Virus record (IMG/VR): IMGVR_UViG_3300035006_000010
Span: 1 to 45,450 of that record
DNA: 45,450 bases
Reading direction: 5' to 3' (one strand)
DNA from: a virus
Taxonomy: Duplodnaviria; Caudoviricetes
Positions 35,992-44,545 of the stretch are shown here, piece after piece (the first letter of the stretch is position 1; every line of letters begins with the position of its first letter). Below the pieces are notes generated by a model. The model searched no databases. It was not told the DNA's origin and was given only the letters and a program-made list of their open reading frames with translations. Both the position numbers and the translations under genes were made by a program.

Positions 35992-36707
35992 TGTCCGAGC
36001 TTCTCGCCGATCGCATAAAGCAACGCCTTGCAGACCTTGGTCTTTCTGCCTCCGCCGCTTCACTGAAGGCGTCAGACGGGCGCAGCCGCGACCTCGTCAA
36101 GAACATCCTCGCCGGCCGTAGCTTAAACCCAAGGGTCGATACGATGCAGCGCCTTGCTGCAGCGCTAGAAACCACTCCGGAGCAGCTGCTCAACGGCGAG
36201 AATCCACCTCCCCCGCCCGCAGTTATTAAAGGACCGCCATCCAATGTGCGTGTCACCGAGTTGCGTTATCCGACACGGCGTAGCGCTGGCATTGCCGGAC
36301 CGAGGGACCTGCCCGTGATGGGAACGGCCGCAGGCAGTCTTGGCAAAGGCGCCTTTCGTATCGAAGGCGGTGAGATCGATTACGTCATCCGCCCCGCGAT
36401 CCTTGAAAAGGTCCGTGACGCCTACGGCATCTATATTGAGGGCGAATCGATGTGCCCGGTACATCCACATGGCGAGCTTCGCATCATACACCCACACCGC
36501 CCCTGCCAAATCGGGGATGATGTCATCATCGTCGCTAGTTGGAGCGAAGACGGCCCGCACGAGGCGTGGATCAAGCGGCTGGTGAAGCGCACCGCCGAGA
36601 AGCTGGTCGTTGAACAATTCAATCCAAAAGCGACGATCGAGTTCGATCGCCGTTATGTTGTTAGCTGCCACAAGGTGCTGACGATGAATGACTTGCTGGG
36701 GATGTGA
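35991..36707 (+). CDS. cI: CI-like repressor (HTH + S24 autopeptidase)
   Basis: N-terminal XRE HTH; AG cleavage site, GESM Ser and IKRL Lys. Confidence 0.93.
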   Translation: MSELLADRIKQRLADLGLSASAASLKASDGRSRDLVKNILAGRSLNPRVDTMQRLAAALETTPEQLLNGENPPPPPAVIKGPPSNVRVTELRYPTRRSAGIAGPRDLPVMGTAAGSLGKGAFRIEGGEIDYVIRPAILEKVRDAYGIYIEGESMCPVHPHGELRIIHPHRPCQIGDDVIIVASWSEDGPHEAWIKRLVKRTAEKLVVEQFNPKATIEFDRRYVVSCHKVLTMNDLLGM

Positions 36708-36708
36708 G

Positions 36709-37044
36709 ATGTACCAGGCAACGATTCGAGTAGTCGCACTGCTATTCTCGATGCCGGCCCTCGCCCAGTCTGCGAGGGACAACGCGCTGAATCATATCTC
36801 GCAGGTCATGGCGATCGAACTTGAGTGCCCAGAATACGAGGGCAGCACAGGAAATCTCGCGCTCTTGTCGGTTGGGTACAAGATCGACCTTGCGGATCGC
36901 GCCACGGCTGCGCGGATCACGTCGCTGGTTGCGGAGCACCGCGCCGGTCTGCGGGCAGCTGGGAAACAGATTGGCTGCATGGTCGGCTGGGGACTGTACG
37001 GCCCGGGCGGCGAGAACGTTAAAGGGCTGCTCCGCCGTAAGTAG
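36709..37044 (+). CDS. Secreted protein downstream of cI (candidate superinfection exclusion)
   Basis: ATG 1 nt after cI stop; signal peptide ending PALA; two Cys. Confidence 0.7.
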   Translation: MYQATIRVVALLFSMPALAQSARDNALNHISQVMAIELECPEYEGSTGNLALLSVGYKIDLADRATAARITSLVAEHRAGLRAAGKQIGCMVGWGLYGPGGENVKGLLRRK

Positions 37045-37056
37045 TCTATTCGCCTA

Positions 37057-37109
37057 TGAGGTAAAAATACATTATTCGCTTGACGGTGTAAAAATACCTC
37101 GGTATCCAT
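37057..37109 (+). promoter_or_regulatory. Second operator pair and early promoter
   Basis: TGAGGTA-AAAA-TACATTA (37057-37074), CGGTGTA-AAAA-TACCTCG (37084-37101); TTGACG-N17-TATCCAT. Confidence 0.75.
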
Positions 37110-37117
37110 GCCTCCAT

Positions 37118-37614
37118 CAACCCGATGGAGGCCGCCCATGGCGTTCCTGCCCCTTCTCCCCTCGTCCGGCCCGCGCGTCCTCGGCAAGCGCCTGCGCGTC
37201 GTCGTCGAACGCACCGGCCGCAATCTCGACCGCCGCCGCCTGACCTTCGGCCTCTCGCGCGAGCTCGCCGAGGCGCTCGGCTGGCAGGCCGGAGACCGCA
37301 TCGTCGTCTCCATCGGGCTTGGCTCCGACCTCGGCCGCGCCCAGCTCTCACGCGTCGAGCGGCCCGGAGCCGGCCACAAGCTCATCGCCTACGCCCAGTC
37401 CCGCGTCCTGCGCGTCTGCGTCACCACCCCGCTCGCGCTGCAGGGGCAGGACATGCAGCCCTGGCTCGACGACTTCCTCGACCCCGCCCCGGTCGACTTC
37501 GCCATCACCGACGGCGCGCTCGTCGCGCAGCTCACCGCCCTGCGTGCGGCCGAGCCCGCGCCCGGCAACGTCGTCGCCTTCGCCTGAACCCCAGACAACC
37601 CGATGGAGGCCGCC
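37118..37614 (+). repeat. 19-bp direct repeat CAACCCGATGGAGGCCGCC (37118-37136 and 37596-37614)
   Basis: Two identical copies, each containing the GGAGG SD of the next gene. Confidence 0.85.
37138..37587 (+). CDS. Hypothetical protein, AbrB-like swapped-hairpin pattern
   Basis: GGAGG SD; LS.ELAE.LGW..GDRI.V. Confidence 0.65.
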   Translation: MAFLPLLPSSGPRVLGKRLRVVVERTGRNLDRRRLTFGLSRELAEALGWQAGDRIVVSIGLGSDLGRAQLSRVERPGAGHKLIAYAQSRVLRVCVTTPLALQGQDMQPWLDDFLDPAPVDFAITDGALVAQLTALRAAEPAPGNVVAFA

Positions 37615-37926
37615 TTGCTGCAGCACCAGACCACGCCTGTCCTGGCCGGCTTGACCTGCCCGGAAGCCCGCACCGCCACCCATGACGGCTATATCTGGCC
37701 CGTCGAGAGGCGGCTGATGATCGAGACCGCGTCAGTCCGCGAGCGGATGGCGGAGGACATCGATAACGGCCGCAAGGCCCTGACCGCCGACCAGTGCTTC
37801 ACCGAGGACGATCTCGTCCGGCTCGGCTGGCGGGTGCAGATGGTGCGCCTGCACGCCGGAGCGGCCTTCGCCCAGGCGAAAGCGGCCCGCAAGGCCGTTC
37901 GCCAGCCGCTCGGGCGGGCCGCGTGA
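37615..37926 (+). CDS. Hypothetical protein
   Basis: TTG start 5 nt after GGAGG; coupled to next gene. Confidence 0.6.
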   Translation: MLQHQTTPVLAGLTCPEARTATHDGYIWPVERRLMIETASVRERMAEDIDNGRKALTADQCFTEDDLVRLGWRVQMVRLHAGAAFAQAKAARKAVRQPLGRAA

Positions 37927-38033
37927 TGCGCTTCCCCCTCCCCACTTTGGCCGATCTCGGCGAACTCGCCTGCATCGGCCTGTTCCTCGGCAATTTCCTG
38001 TTCTGGGCCGGCGTCTTCACGGGAGCGATCTGA
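37926..38033 (+). CDS. 35-aa hydrophobic peptide
   Basis: TGATG overlaps on both sides; one TM segment. Confidence 0.6.
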   Translation: MRFPLPTLADLGELACIGLFLGNFLFWAGVFTGAI

Positions 38034-38287
38034 TGCAGATCACACCCATCGTCGCAGCCGGCGAGCCCGCCCCGCACGAACTCCATGCGCTGGCGGGTGA
38101 AGCCTTCGAGCGCGCCAACAACCTCGCGCTCGACGCGATCATCCTGCAGGGCCGCGTCGCCTCGACCAGTCGCCGCCCGCTGGCGACCCTGGCCAGCGAT
38201 CTCGCGGCCGAAGCCACCGCCTTCGCGGCGCTGACCGTCAAACTGGCCGAGCGCATCGCCGCGCTCGAAGCGAGGGCAGCGGCATGA
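38033..38287 (+). CDS. Hypothetical helical protein
   Basis: GGGAG SD; overlaps both neighbours. Confidence 0.65.
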   Translation: MQITPIVAAGEPAPHELHALAGEAFERANNLALDAIILQGRVASTSRRPLATLASDLAAEATAFAALTVKLAERIAALEARAAA

Positions 38288-39024
38288 CCTGGCTCCAGAC
38301 CGCCTCCGGCCGCGCCTTCGATCTGATCGCACCCGATTGGCGGCAGGTCGATTTCGATGTCGACGTGGCCGAGGCGCTGGCGCGCATCGCCCGCTTCACC
38401 GGCCATGTCCGCGCCGGGCCCTATTCGGTGGCGCAGCACTGCGTCGTCGGGGCCGACGCCGTCTTTCGCGAGACGAAGGACAGGAAGGCGGCGGCCGCCT
38501 TCCTGCTGCACGACGCGCACGAGGCCTATCTCGGCGACATCGCCACGCCGATCGTCTGGGCGCTGGCAGCACGTGCGCGGCTCATCGCCGACCGGACGAA
38601 CAACCTGATCCATGCCGACGCAGCACTCTTTGGCGACGAACTGGTGAAGTCCGCCATCGCCTCGCTCAAGGCCGGGCTCGATCAAGCAATCTATCGCGCT
38701 GCCGGGGTCACGGCGGGAGGCCCACCCTCGGTCTTTCACGACATCGTCAAGCGCATGGACTTGGCGATGCTCGCCACCGAGGCGCGGCATCTGCTCGGCC
38801 CAGCGCCGCAGCCCTGGGCGATCCTCGAGGGCGTCGAGCCCATCCGCATGGTCGGCCGGCTCACCGTCTGGCCCTGGCCGCAGGCGGCGGACGAATACCG
38901 CGAACGCTTGCGCCGCTACCTGCCCGAGCGCTTCGCGCCGGCCACGCCCAGCCCGAAATCAGGCCCCCGCCACGACGGCGCGCGGCTGATCCGCCACCCC
39001 AAACCCGAACTGACGGAGGCCTGA
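38284..39024 (+). CDS. HD-domain phosphohydrolase (YfdR-like 5'-deoxynucleotidase family)
   Basis: RF.GH, YSVAQH, LLHDAHEAY.GDI..P, D...LATE motifs. Confidence 0.88.
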   Translation: MTWLQTASGRAFDLIAPDWRQVDFDVDVAEALARIARFTGHVRAGPYSVAQHCVVGADAVFRETKDRKAAAAFLLHDAHEAYLGDIATPIVWALAARARLIADRTNNLIHADAALFGDELVKSAIASLKAGLDQAIYRAAGVTAGGPPSVFHDIVKRMDLAMLATEARHLLGPAPQPWAILEGVEPIRMVGRLTVWPWPQAADEYRERLRRYLPERFAPATPSPKSGPRHDGARLIRHPKPELTEA

Positions 39025-39028
39025 GCCT

Positions 39029-39376
39029 ATGTCCAACCGCCCGATCCGACGCTTCGCCGACATGCTGGGTCTGCTTAGCCGCGGCAGGTTCGTCGAAAAA
39101 TGCGACGAGCACCTGTCCAACGCCGTGCAAACGCTCGAGGCCCTGCCCGGCGAGAAGGGCGAGGCCACCATCACAGTCACGGTCAAGGTCGTCTTCGAGA
39201 GCGGGCGGCTCGATATCCGCCCGACCGTCAAGTCGAAGCTGCCCGAGGAAAAGGGCTTCAGCGGCACGCCGTTCTGGGCGGTCGATGGCGCGCTCTCGGT
39301 CCAGCACCCGAGCCAGACCGACATGTTCGTCCGCGACACCGCCGAGGACCGCGAGCGCGGCTTCGCCTCGGCCTGA
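39029..39376 (+). CDS. YfdP-like partner of DUF2303 protein
   Basis: 115 aa gene before DUF2303; K.KLP, FW..DG.LS..HP.Q..MF. Confidence 0.65.
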   Translation: MSNRPIRRFADMLGLLSRGRFVEKCDEHLSNAVQTLEALPGEKGEATITVTVKVVFESGRLDIRPTVKSKLPEEKGFSGTPFWAVDGALSVQHPSQTDMFVRDTAEDRERGFASA

Positions 39377-39406
39377 TCCAAAACCCTCACCTGAAAGGCA
39401 CCCGAC

Positions 39407-40405
39407 ATGACAACCGCCACCGAAACGCCGCAGGCCCCTCACGCATTCGAGCCCTTCATCGGCGAGGCGCTGAGCCAGCCGCAGGCCTTCAGCCTGATCC
39501 CCGATTCCGGCGAGGGCGTCGGCGCGATCGTCGAGCTTGCCCGCCAGACGTCGCAGGTGAAGATCGGCGATCTCGCCACGGACGGTCTCGGCTTCGGCCT
39601 GCCCGCGACCATTCCGCTGCTGATCGACCAGCGCCCCGGCGGAGCAATCCGCACGCTGAAAAGCGAGATCGAGGCCTACCGTCGCTGGCCGGAGCGGCGG
39701 GAGGGCACGGCGAGCGCCACGACGCTGCAGAGCTTCATCGACCTCGTGAACCGCCACAAGGACGAGGACACGGTCGTCTTCGCCAAGACGGCCTGGCCGG
39801 AGCCGGCGCTGACGGCTGTTATCGACTACCACGAGACCGACGGCACGGCCCGCTGGGGCAAGCACCGCATCCGCTATGCCTTCCCCGTCACCGACGAGTT
39901 CAAGGTCTGGATCGATAAGAACGGCAAGGCGATGGAGCAGGCCGAGTTTGCGGCATTCCTCGAGGATCACGCCGCCGAACTCTCGGCAGCCTACGGGCCG
40001 GAAGCCGCCGAATACGAGACGCTCTTCAAGGAGAAGTTCGCGACCCCGGCCGACCTGATCGCGCTGTCGCGCAGCCTCGAGATCCATGTCGGGGCCAAGG
40101 TCAAGCGCGCCGAGCGCATCCAGACCGGCGAGCGCACGGTCGAGTTCGTCGAGGAGCACCTCAACGGCAAAGGCGATCGCGTCGATATCCCCGGCATCTT
40201 CATGGTCTCGGTTCCGGCATTCGTCGACGGGGAGCAGGTCCGCATCCCGGCCCGCCTGCGCTACCGCATCGCGAACGGGTCGATCCACTGGTTCTATCAG
40301 CTTTATCGCTGGCAGTTCTGGCTGCGCGACCAGGTCAAAAACGACCTCATCACCGTCGCCGACAAGACCGAACTCCCGACCTTCGAAGGCTCCCCCGAGG
40401 CTTAG
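39407..40405 (+). CDS. DUF2303 (YfdQ-like) protein
   Basis: G......L.SFI..V, AVIDYH, W..HR, Q.EFA.FLED, ARLRYR motifs. Confidence 0.88.
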   Translation: MTTATETPQAPHAFEPFIGEALSQPQAFSLIPDSGEGVGAIVELARQTSQVKIGDLATDGLGFGLPATIPLLIDQRPGGAIRTLKSEIEAYRRWPERREGTASATTLQSFIDLVNRHKDEDTVVFAKTAWPEPALTAVIDYHETDGTARWGKHRIRYAFPVTDEFKVWIDKNGKAMEQAEFAAFLEDHAAELSAAYGPEAAEYETLFKEKFATPADLIALSRSLEIHVGAKVKRAERIQTGERTVEFVEEHLNGKGDRVDIPGIFMVSVPAFVDGEQVRIPARLRYRIANGSIHWFYQLYRWQFWLRDQVKNDLITVADKTELPTFEGSPEA

Positions 40406-40422
40406 AGACCCGCCTCGGCACT

Positions 40423-40450
40423 GGCGGGGCCGGAAGGCCCCGCCCTTTTC
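40423..40450 (+). terminator. Rho-independent terminator
   Basis: GGCGGGGCC-GGAA-GGCCCCGCC then CTTTTC. Confidence 0.75.
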
Positions 40451-40471
40451 CCTTCAACCGGACGCCCGCCC

Positions 40472-40918
40472 ATGGCCACGAAACAGGACATCGACGCCGC
40501 AATGGCCGCGATCGACAGGGCGTTGAGGCCCAGCATCTTCGAGCGCTCGCGCCTCCTGATCTGCAAAATTCTTGGCGCACCGCCGCCGAGCGAGATGATT
40601 GCCGAATTCCGGCGCGATATTTCCACGCTCGCGCATGGGCTGCAGCTCGATGGCGATATCGCGGGCGGCGAAGCGCGAGGGGCATTGGAGAACCTCGCTC
40701 ATCGCGCCGGCCTCTATGTGTCCGACGATCACGACGACGACGAGTGGGACGATGGCGAAGGCTATGTGCAGTTCGACCTCGCCCAGCTCGACGAAGCCCA
40801 GCGCCGCGCACGCTACGGCCAGATCGACGACGCCCTTCACCACCTCGAGCGCGCCCTCCCCGAGGGTTACGGCGACATCGCCGAGCGGCTCGCCCATGCT
40901 TTCAGGAGCGCCCGATGA
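40472..40918 (+). CDS. Hypothetical protein with acidic tract
   Basis: Stop overlaps dnaN start (ATGA); weak SD, start uncertain. Confidence 0.6.
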   Translation: MATKQDIDAAMAAIDRALRPSIFERSRLLICKILGAPPPSEMIAEFRRDISTLAHGLQLDGDIAGGEARGALENLAHRAGLYVSDDHDDDEWDDGEGYVQFDLAQLDEAQRRARYGQIDDALHHLERALPEGYGDIAERLAHAFRSAR

Positions 40919-42027
40919 AACTCACCCTCGACCGTTCGGCCCTGCTCAAGGCGCTGGAGCCCGTGCAGCGCATCATCGAGCGCCGCAACACCATCCCGAT
41001 CCTCGGCAACGTGCTGCTGCGCGCCGACGCCGCCGGGCTGGTGTTGACCGGCACCGATCTCGACATCGAATTGCGCACCTCGACGCCGGCCGAGGTCGAG
41101 ACGCCTGGCGCGCTCACCCTGCCGGCCGGCACCTTCTATGACATCGTCCGCAAGCTGCCCGAGGGCAGCCAGGTCGCGATCGAGCAGGCCGCTGCCGGCG
41201 AGCGCGCCACGGTGCGGGCCGGGCGCTCGCGCTTCCAGGTGGCGAGCCTGCCGGAATCGGACTTCCCCGACATTACGGCGGGCGAACCCTCGCACCGCTT
41301 CGCGCTGACGGCCAAGGCCCTGCTCGGGCTGATCGAGGCCACCCAGTTCGCGATCTCGACCGAGGAGACGCGATACTATCTCAACGGCGTCCACATCCAT
41401 GACGCAGGCGAAGGCCAGATGGCCGCCGTTGCCACCGATGGGCACCGGCTCGCCCGCATCCATCTGCCCTTGCCCGAAGGCGCGGCCGGCATGCCCGCCA
41501 TCATCGTCCCGCGCAAGCCGATCGCCGAGATCGGCCGGCTCGTGGCCAAAGGCGGCGACGCCATGGTCGAGATCGAGCTTTCGGCCACGAAGATCCGGCT
41601 GATCGTCGACGGCGCCCGCCTCACCTCGAAGCTGATCGACGGAACCTTCCCCGATTACCAGCGCGTCATCCCGTCCGGGAACGACAAGCGCGCCACCATC
41701 GACACGGACGCACTGGCCCGCGCGGTCGATCGCGTCGCCACCATCTCCAGCGAGCGCGGCCGCGCCGTGAAGCTCTCGCTCGCGGACGGCGCGATGGCTC
41801 TGTCGGTGACGAACCCCGACGCCGGCGAGGCCCGCGAGGAAATCGACATCGACTATGACGGCCCGCCCATCGAGATCGGCTTCAACGCCCGCTACCTGCA
41901 GGACACGCTCGCCGTACTCGGCGGCGACACCGTCCTGATGAAACTCGCCGACCCGGGCTCCCCGACCATCCTGATGTCGCGGGACGGGGCGGCCCTGCTC
42001 ACCGTGCTGATGCCGATGAGGGTTTAG
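40915..42027 (+). CDS. dnaN: DNA polymerase III beta sliding clamp (phage copy)
   Basis: RNTIPIL.NV, ETRYYLNG, VATDGHRLA, DGTFPDY.RVIP, GFN..YL, VLMPMRV; AGGAG SD. Confidence 0.96.
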   Translation: MKLTLDRSALLKALEPVQRIIERRNTIPILGNVLLRADAAGLVLTGTDLDIELRTSTPAEVETPGALTLPAGTFYDIVRKLPEGSQVAIEQAAAGERATVRAGRSRFQVASLPESDFPDITAGEPSHRFALTAKALLGLIEATQFAISTEETRYYLNGVHIHDAGEGQMAAVATDGHRLARIHLPLPEGAAGMPAIIVPRKPIAEIGRLVAKGGDAMVEIELSATKIRLIVDGARLTSKLIDGTFPDYQRVIPSGNDKRATIDTDALARAVDRVATISSERGRAVKLSLADGAMALSVTNPDAGEAREEIDIDYDGPPIEIGFNARYLQDTLAVLGGDTVLMKLADPGSPTILMSRDGAALLTVLMPMRV

Positions 42028-42072
42028 CGGTGTCCGCGCTGACGCTTGGACCGGGGAAGAGGGAGCAAGATC

Positions 42073-42324
42073 ATGGTCGAAACATTGCCGGATGCGCAGG
42101 AACTCGCCCGCTTGGGCCAGAGCCTGAACGAGGCCGAGATCGCGTTCTTGGCAGCCGACGAGGCCAAACGTATCGCGAGCCGAAACCAGACCGCAGCGCT
42201 CAACCGATTGACCGATCACCAGAAAAAGTTCGATGCCTTCATTGAAAAGCTGAAGGCGGCGAGCCCAGCCGGCGGCATCTGGAAGCAATCGCCGACGCGC
42301 CAGAGGCTTTACGACAATGGCTGA
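42073..42324 (+). CDS. Small coiled-coil hypothetical protein
   Basis: GGGAG SD before ATG 42073; overlaps next gene. Confidence 0.65.
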   Translation: MVETLPDAQELARLGQSLNEAEIAFLAADEAKRIASRNQTAALNRLTDHQKKFDAFIEKLKAASPAGGIWKQSPTRQRLYDNG

Positions 42325-43432
42325 GCGCACCGGCATCGAATGGACCGACGCCACGGTCAATTTCTGGTGGGGCTGCACCAAGGTCGGCCCCGGCTGCGAT
42401 CATTGCTACGCCGAAACCTGGGCCGCCCGCTTCGGCGGCGAGCATTGGGGCGTCGGCGCGCCGCGGCGCAAGATCAAGGGTGCCGCCGCCATGCTCAACC
42501 GGCTCGACAACGACTATGCCGATTGGGCCGCAGACGCAGAATGTCGGAACGGCAACGCGAAGGCGTTCGGCCTGCCAGCCCCTCGCATACCGCTAACTCG
42601 CCGCGTCTTCATCCAGTCGATGTCGGACCTGTTCGATACCGAGGTTCCGCTCGAATGGTTCGCCGAGGCCTGGGGCAAGATCGTCCAGTGCGACCGCATC
42701 GACATCCAGATCGTGACGAAGCGCATCAGCGTCGTCGAGAAGCGCCTGGCCGCGATCGGCGTCACGACATGGCCAAAGCACGCCGGCCTGCTGGTCACGG
42801 TCTGCAATCAGGATGAGGCCAATCGCGACATCCCGCGCCTGATCGCGCTGAAGGCGAAGCTCGGCATCCCCTGGGTCGGGGTCTCGGCCGAGCCGCTGCT
42901 GGGGCCGATCGACTTTACGCAGATTGAGCCGCCGGGCTCCGAGGGCGAGATCGACGCGCTGCGGCCCCTGTCATGGCAAGAGATTTGGGACAGCGCTTGG
43001 TCGCCTGAGGCGACCAAGCTGCCCGCCGATGAGGCCATGGAAGGCTTTCTCGACTGGTACAACTTGTCAGAATTTCCCAGCGGCCTCGCCCATCCGGCGC
43101 TCGACTGGATCATCGTCGGCGGCGAGAGCGGCAAGGGCGCGCGGCCGATCCACCCGGGCTGGGCCCGCGCAATCCGCGACCAGTGCGCGGCCGCCGGGAC
43201 GGCCTTCTTCTTCAAACAGTGGGGCGAGTACGGCCCATGCGAGATTCACCCGCCAGGCACGGCAGTCTGTTCCGTCATCGCGTCGAGCGGCAGGCATCTG
43301 CAGGGGCCGGAGTCCGTCTGGGGCGAACCCGGCGACGAACGCGCCGAGATTGTCGCGCGATTCGGCAAGGCCCGCGCCGGCCGGCTCCTAGACGGCGTCG
43401 AGCACAGCGCCATGCCGGAGGTGCGGCCATGA
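42317..43432 (+). CDS. Gp37/Gp68 (DUF5131) family protein
   Basis: IEWTD.T.N.W.GC.KV.PGCD.CYA, SMSDLF, TKR, S.EPLLG, W.I.GGESG, FFFKQWG. Confidence 0.93.
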   Translation: MAERTGIEWTDATVNFWWGCTKVGPGCDHCYAETWAARFGGEHWGVGAPRRKIKGAAAMLNRLDNDYADWAADAECRNGNAKAFGLPAPRIPLTRRVFIQSMSDLFDTEVPLEWFAEAWGKIVQCDRIDIQIVTKRISVVEKRLAAIGVTTWPKHAGLLVTVCNQDEANRDIPRLIALKAKLGIPWVGVSAEPLLGPIDFTQIEPPGSEGEIDALRPLSWQEIWDSAWSPEATKLPADEAMEGFLDWYNLSEFPSGLAHPALDWIIVGGESGKGARPIHPGWARAIRDQCAAAGTAFFFKQWGEYGPCEIHPPGTAVCSVIASSGRHLQGPESVWGEPGDERAEIVARFGKARAGRLLDGVEHSAMPEVRP

Positions 43433-43653
43433 CCAGCCTCGCCAAGCTCCGCCGGCGCAAGGCGCAGGCCGTCCTCGCGCTCGCCGCCAAAGAGCGCCGC
43501 CATCGCGGCGGGGTCGCCAAGGCCCGCGCCGACGCGATCGACGCCACCCATGCGTTGCTGCGGGCCGAACTCAACCACGCCCGCGCCGCGCCGCTGCTGC
43601 GGGCGCAGGCAATGCGCAACGACACCCCCGATCTCTTCCAGCCCGGAGCCTGA
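43429..43653 (+). CDS. Small basic hypothetical protein
   Basis: ATGA overlap with GGAGGT SD; ends PDLFQPGA. Confidence 0.65.
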   Translation: MTSLAKLRRRKAQAVLALAAKERRHRGGVAKARADAIDATHALLRAELNHARAAPLLRAQAMRNDTPDLFQPGA

Positions 43654-43654
43654 C

Positions 43655-44137
43655 ATGAGCATCAACCGCGCCATCCTCGTCGGCAATGTCGGCTCAGACC
43701 CTGAGATTCGCGCCACGCAGAGCGGCGACAAGGTCGCGACCTTTCGCATCGCCACCTCCGAGACCTGGAAGGACAAGCAGAGCGGTGAGCGCAAGGAAGC
43801 GACCGAGTGGCACACCATCGTCTGCTTCAACCAGAACATCGTGCCGGTGATCGAGGCTTATGTCGTCAAGGGCTCGAAGGTCGGGATCGAAGGGTCGATC
43901 AAGACGCGCAAATGGCAGGACCGTGACAACAACGACCGCTACTCGACCGAGATCGTCATCGGCCGCTTCGACGGCAGGCTCTCGCTCGAAGGCCAGCCCT
44001 CGGGCGCCAAGCGCGACGAGCATGGCTATGGCGAGACGCGGGCGAAGCCGGCGCAGGACTACGGCGCGGCCAAGAGCGGCGGAGCTTCGCCGCCCGCGAC
44101 CGGCACAAGTCATCTCGACGATGACATCCCGTTCTAG
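43655..44137 (+). CDS. ssb: Single-stranded DNA-binding protein
   Basis: N...LVGN.G.DPE.R, ATSE.W.DK.SGE, TRKW.D, C-terminal DDDIPF. Confidence 0.96.
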   Translation: MSINRAILVGNVGSDPEIRATQSGDKVATFRIATSETWKDKQSGERKEATEWHTIVCFNQNIVPVIEAYVVKGSKVGIEGSIKTRKWQDRDNNDRYSTEIVIGRFDGRLSLEGQPSGAKRDEHGYGETRAKPAQDYGAAKSGGASPPATGTSHLDDDIPF

Positions 44138-44149
44138 GCCGACGCTGCC

Positions 44150-44545
44150 ATGACGCTCCCCCTGCACCTGATCGACGTCGGAACCGAGACGCCTCTGCGC
44201 CTCGAGGATGCCGTGCGGGTCGCGTTCCCTGCCGGCGGCATGACGGTCGCCGGATTGCGGAAGGAACGCGACAAGGGCACGCTCGATGTCGAGCGGATCG
44301 CGAACAAGGAATTCACGACACTGGCCGCGATCGAGCGCATGAGGGAGCGATGCCGAACCAAGCCAAAGGCCCCCGCCTCTACCTCAAAGGAAAAGGCGAC
44401 ACCGCCCGCTGGATCATCCGCGACGGCGAGCGCAGAATCGCAACGGGATGCCGCGCTGGAGTTCGTGAAGAGGCTGAGCTCAAGCTCGCCGCCTACATCG
44501 ACTCGAAGCACACGCCCGAGCGCAAGGTCCGCCGCAGCGAACTGA
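44150..44545 (+). CDS. Putative excisionase
   Basis: Small HTH-like ORF before int (PLRL..A....FP.G.MT..GLR.E..KG.L); 3' end overlaps int. Confidence 0.7.
   Translation: MTLPLHLIDVGTETPLRLEDAVRVAFPAGGMTVAGLRKERDKGTLDVERIANKEFTTLAAIERMRERCRTKPKAPASTSKEKATPPAGSSATASAESQRDAALEFVKRLSSSSPPTSTRSTRPSARSAAAN

Noticed and set aside
42615-42640. SMSDLF in DUF5131 as a clamp-binding motif
   Set aside because: It is an internal conserved motif of that family, not a flexible tail
40915-44137. dnaN and ssb as host chromosomal genes marking the prophage edge
   Set aside because: Embedded among and coupled to phage early genes upstream of xis/int; no dnaA, recF or gyrB context
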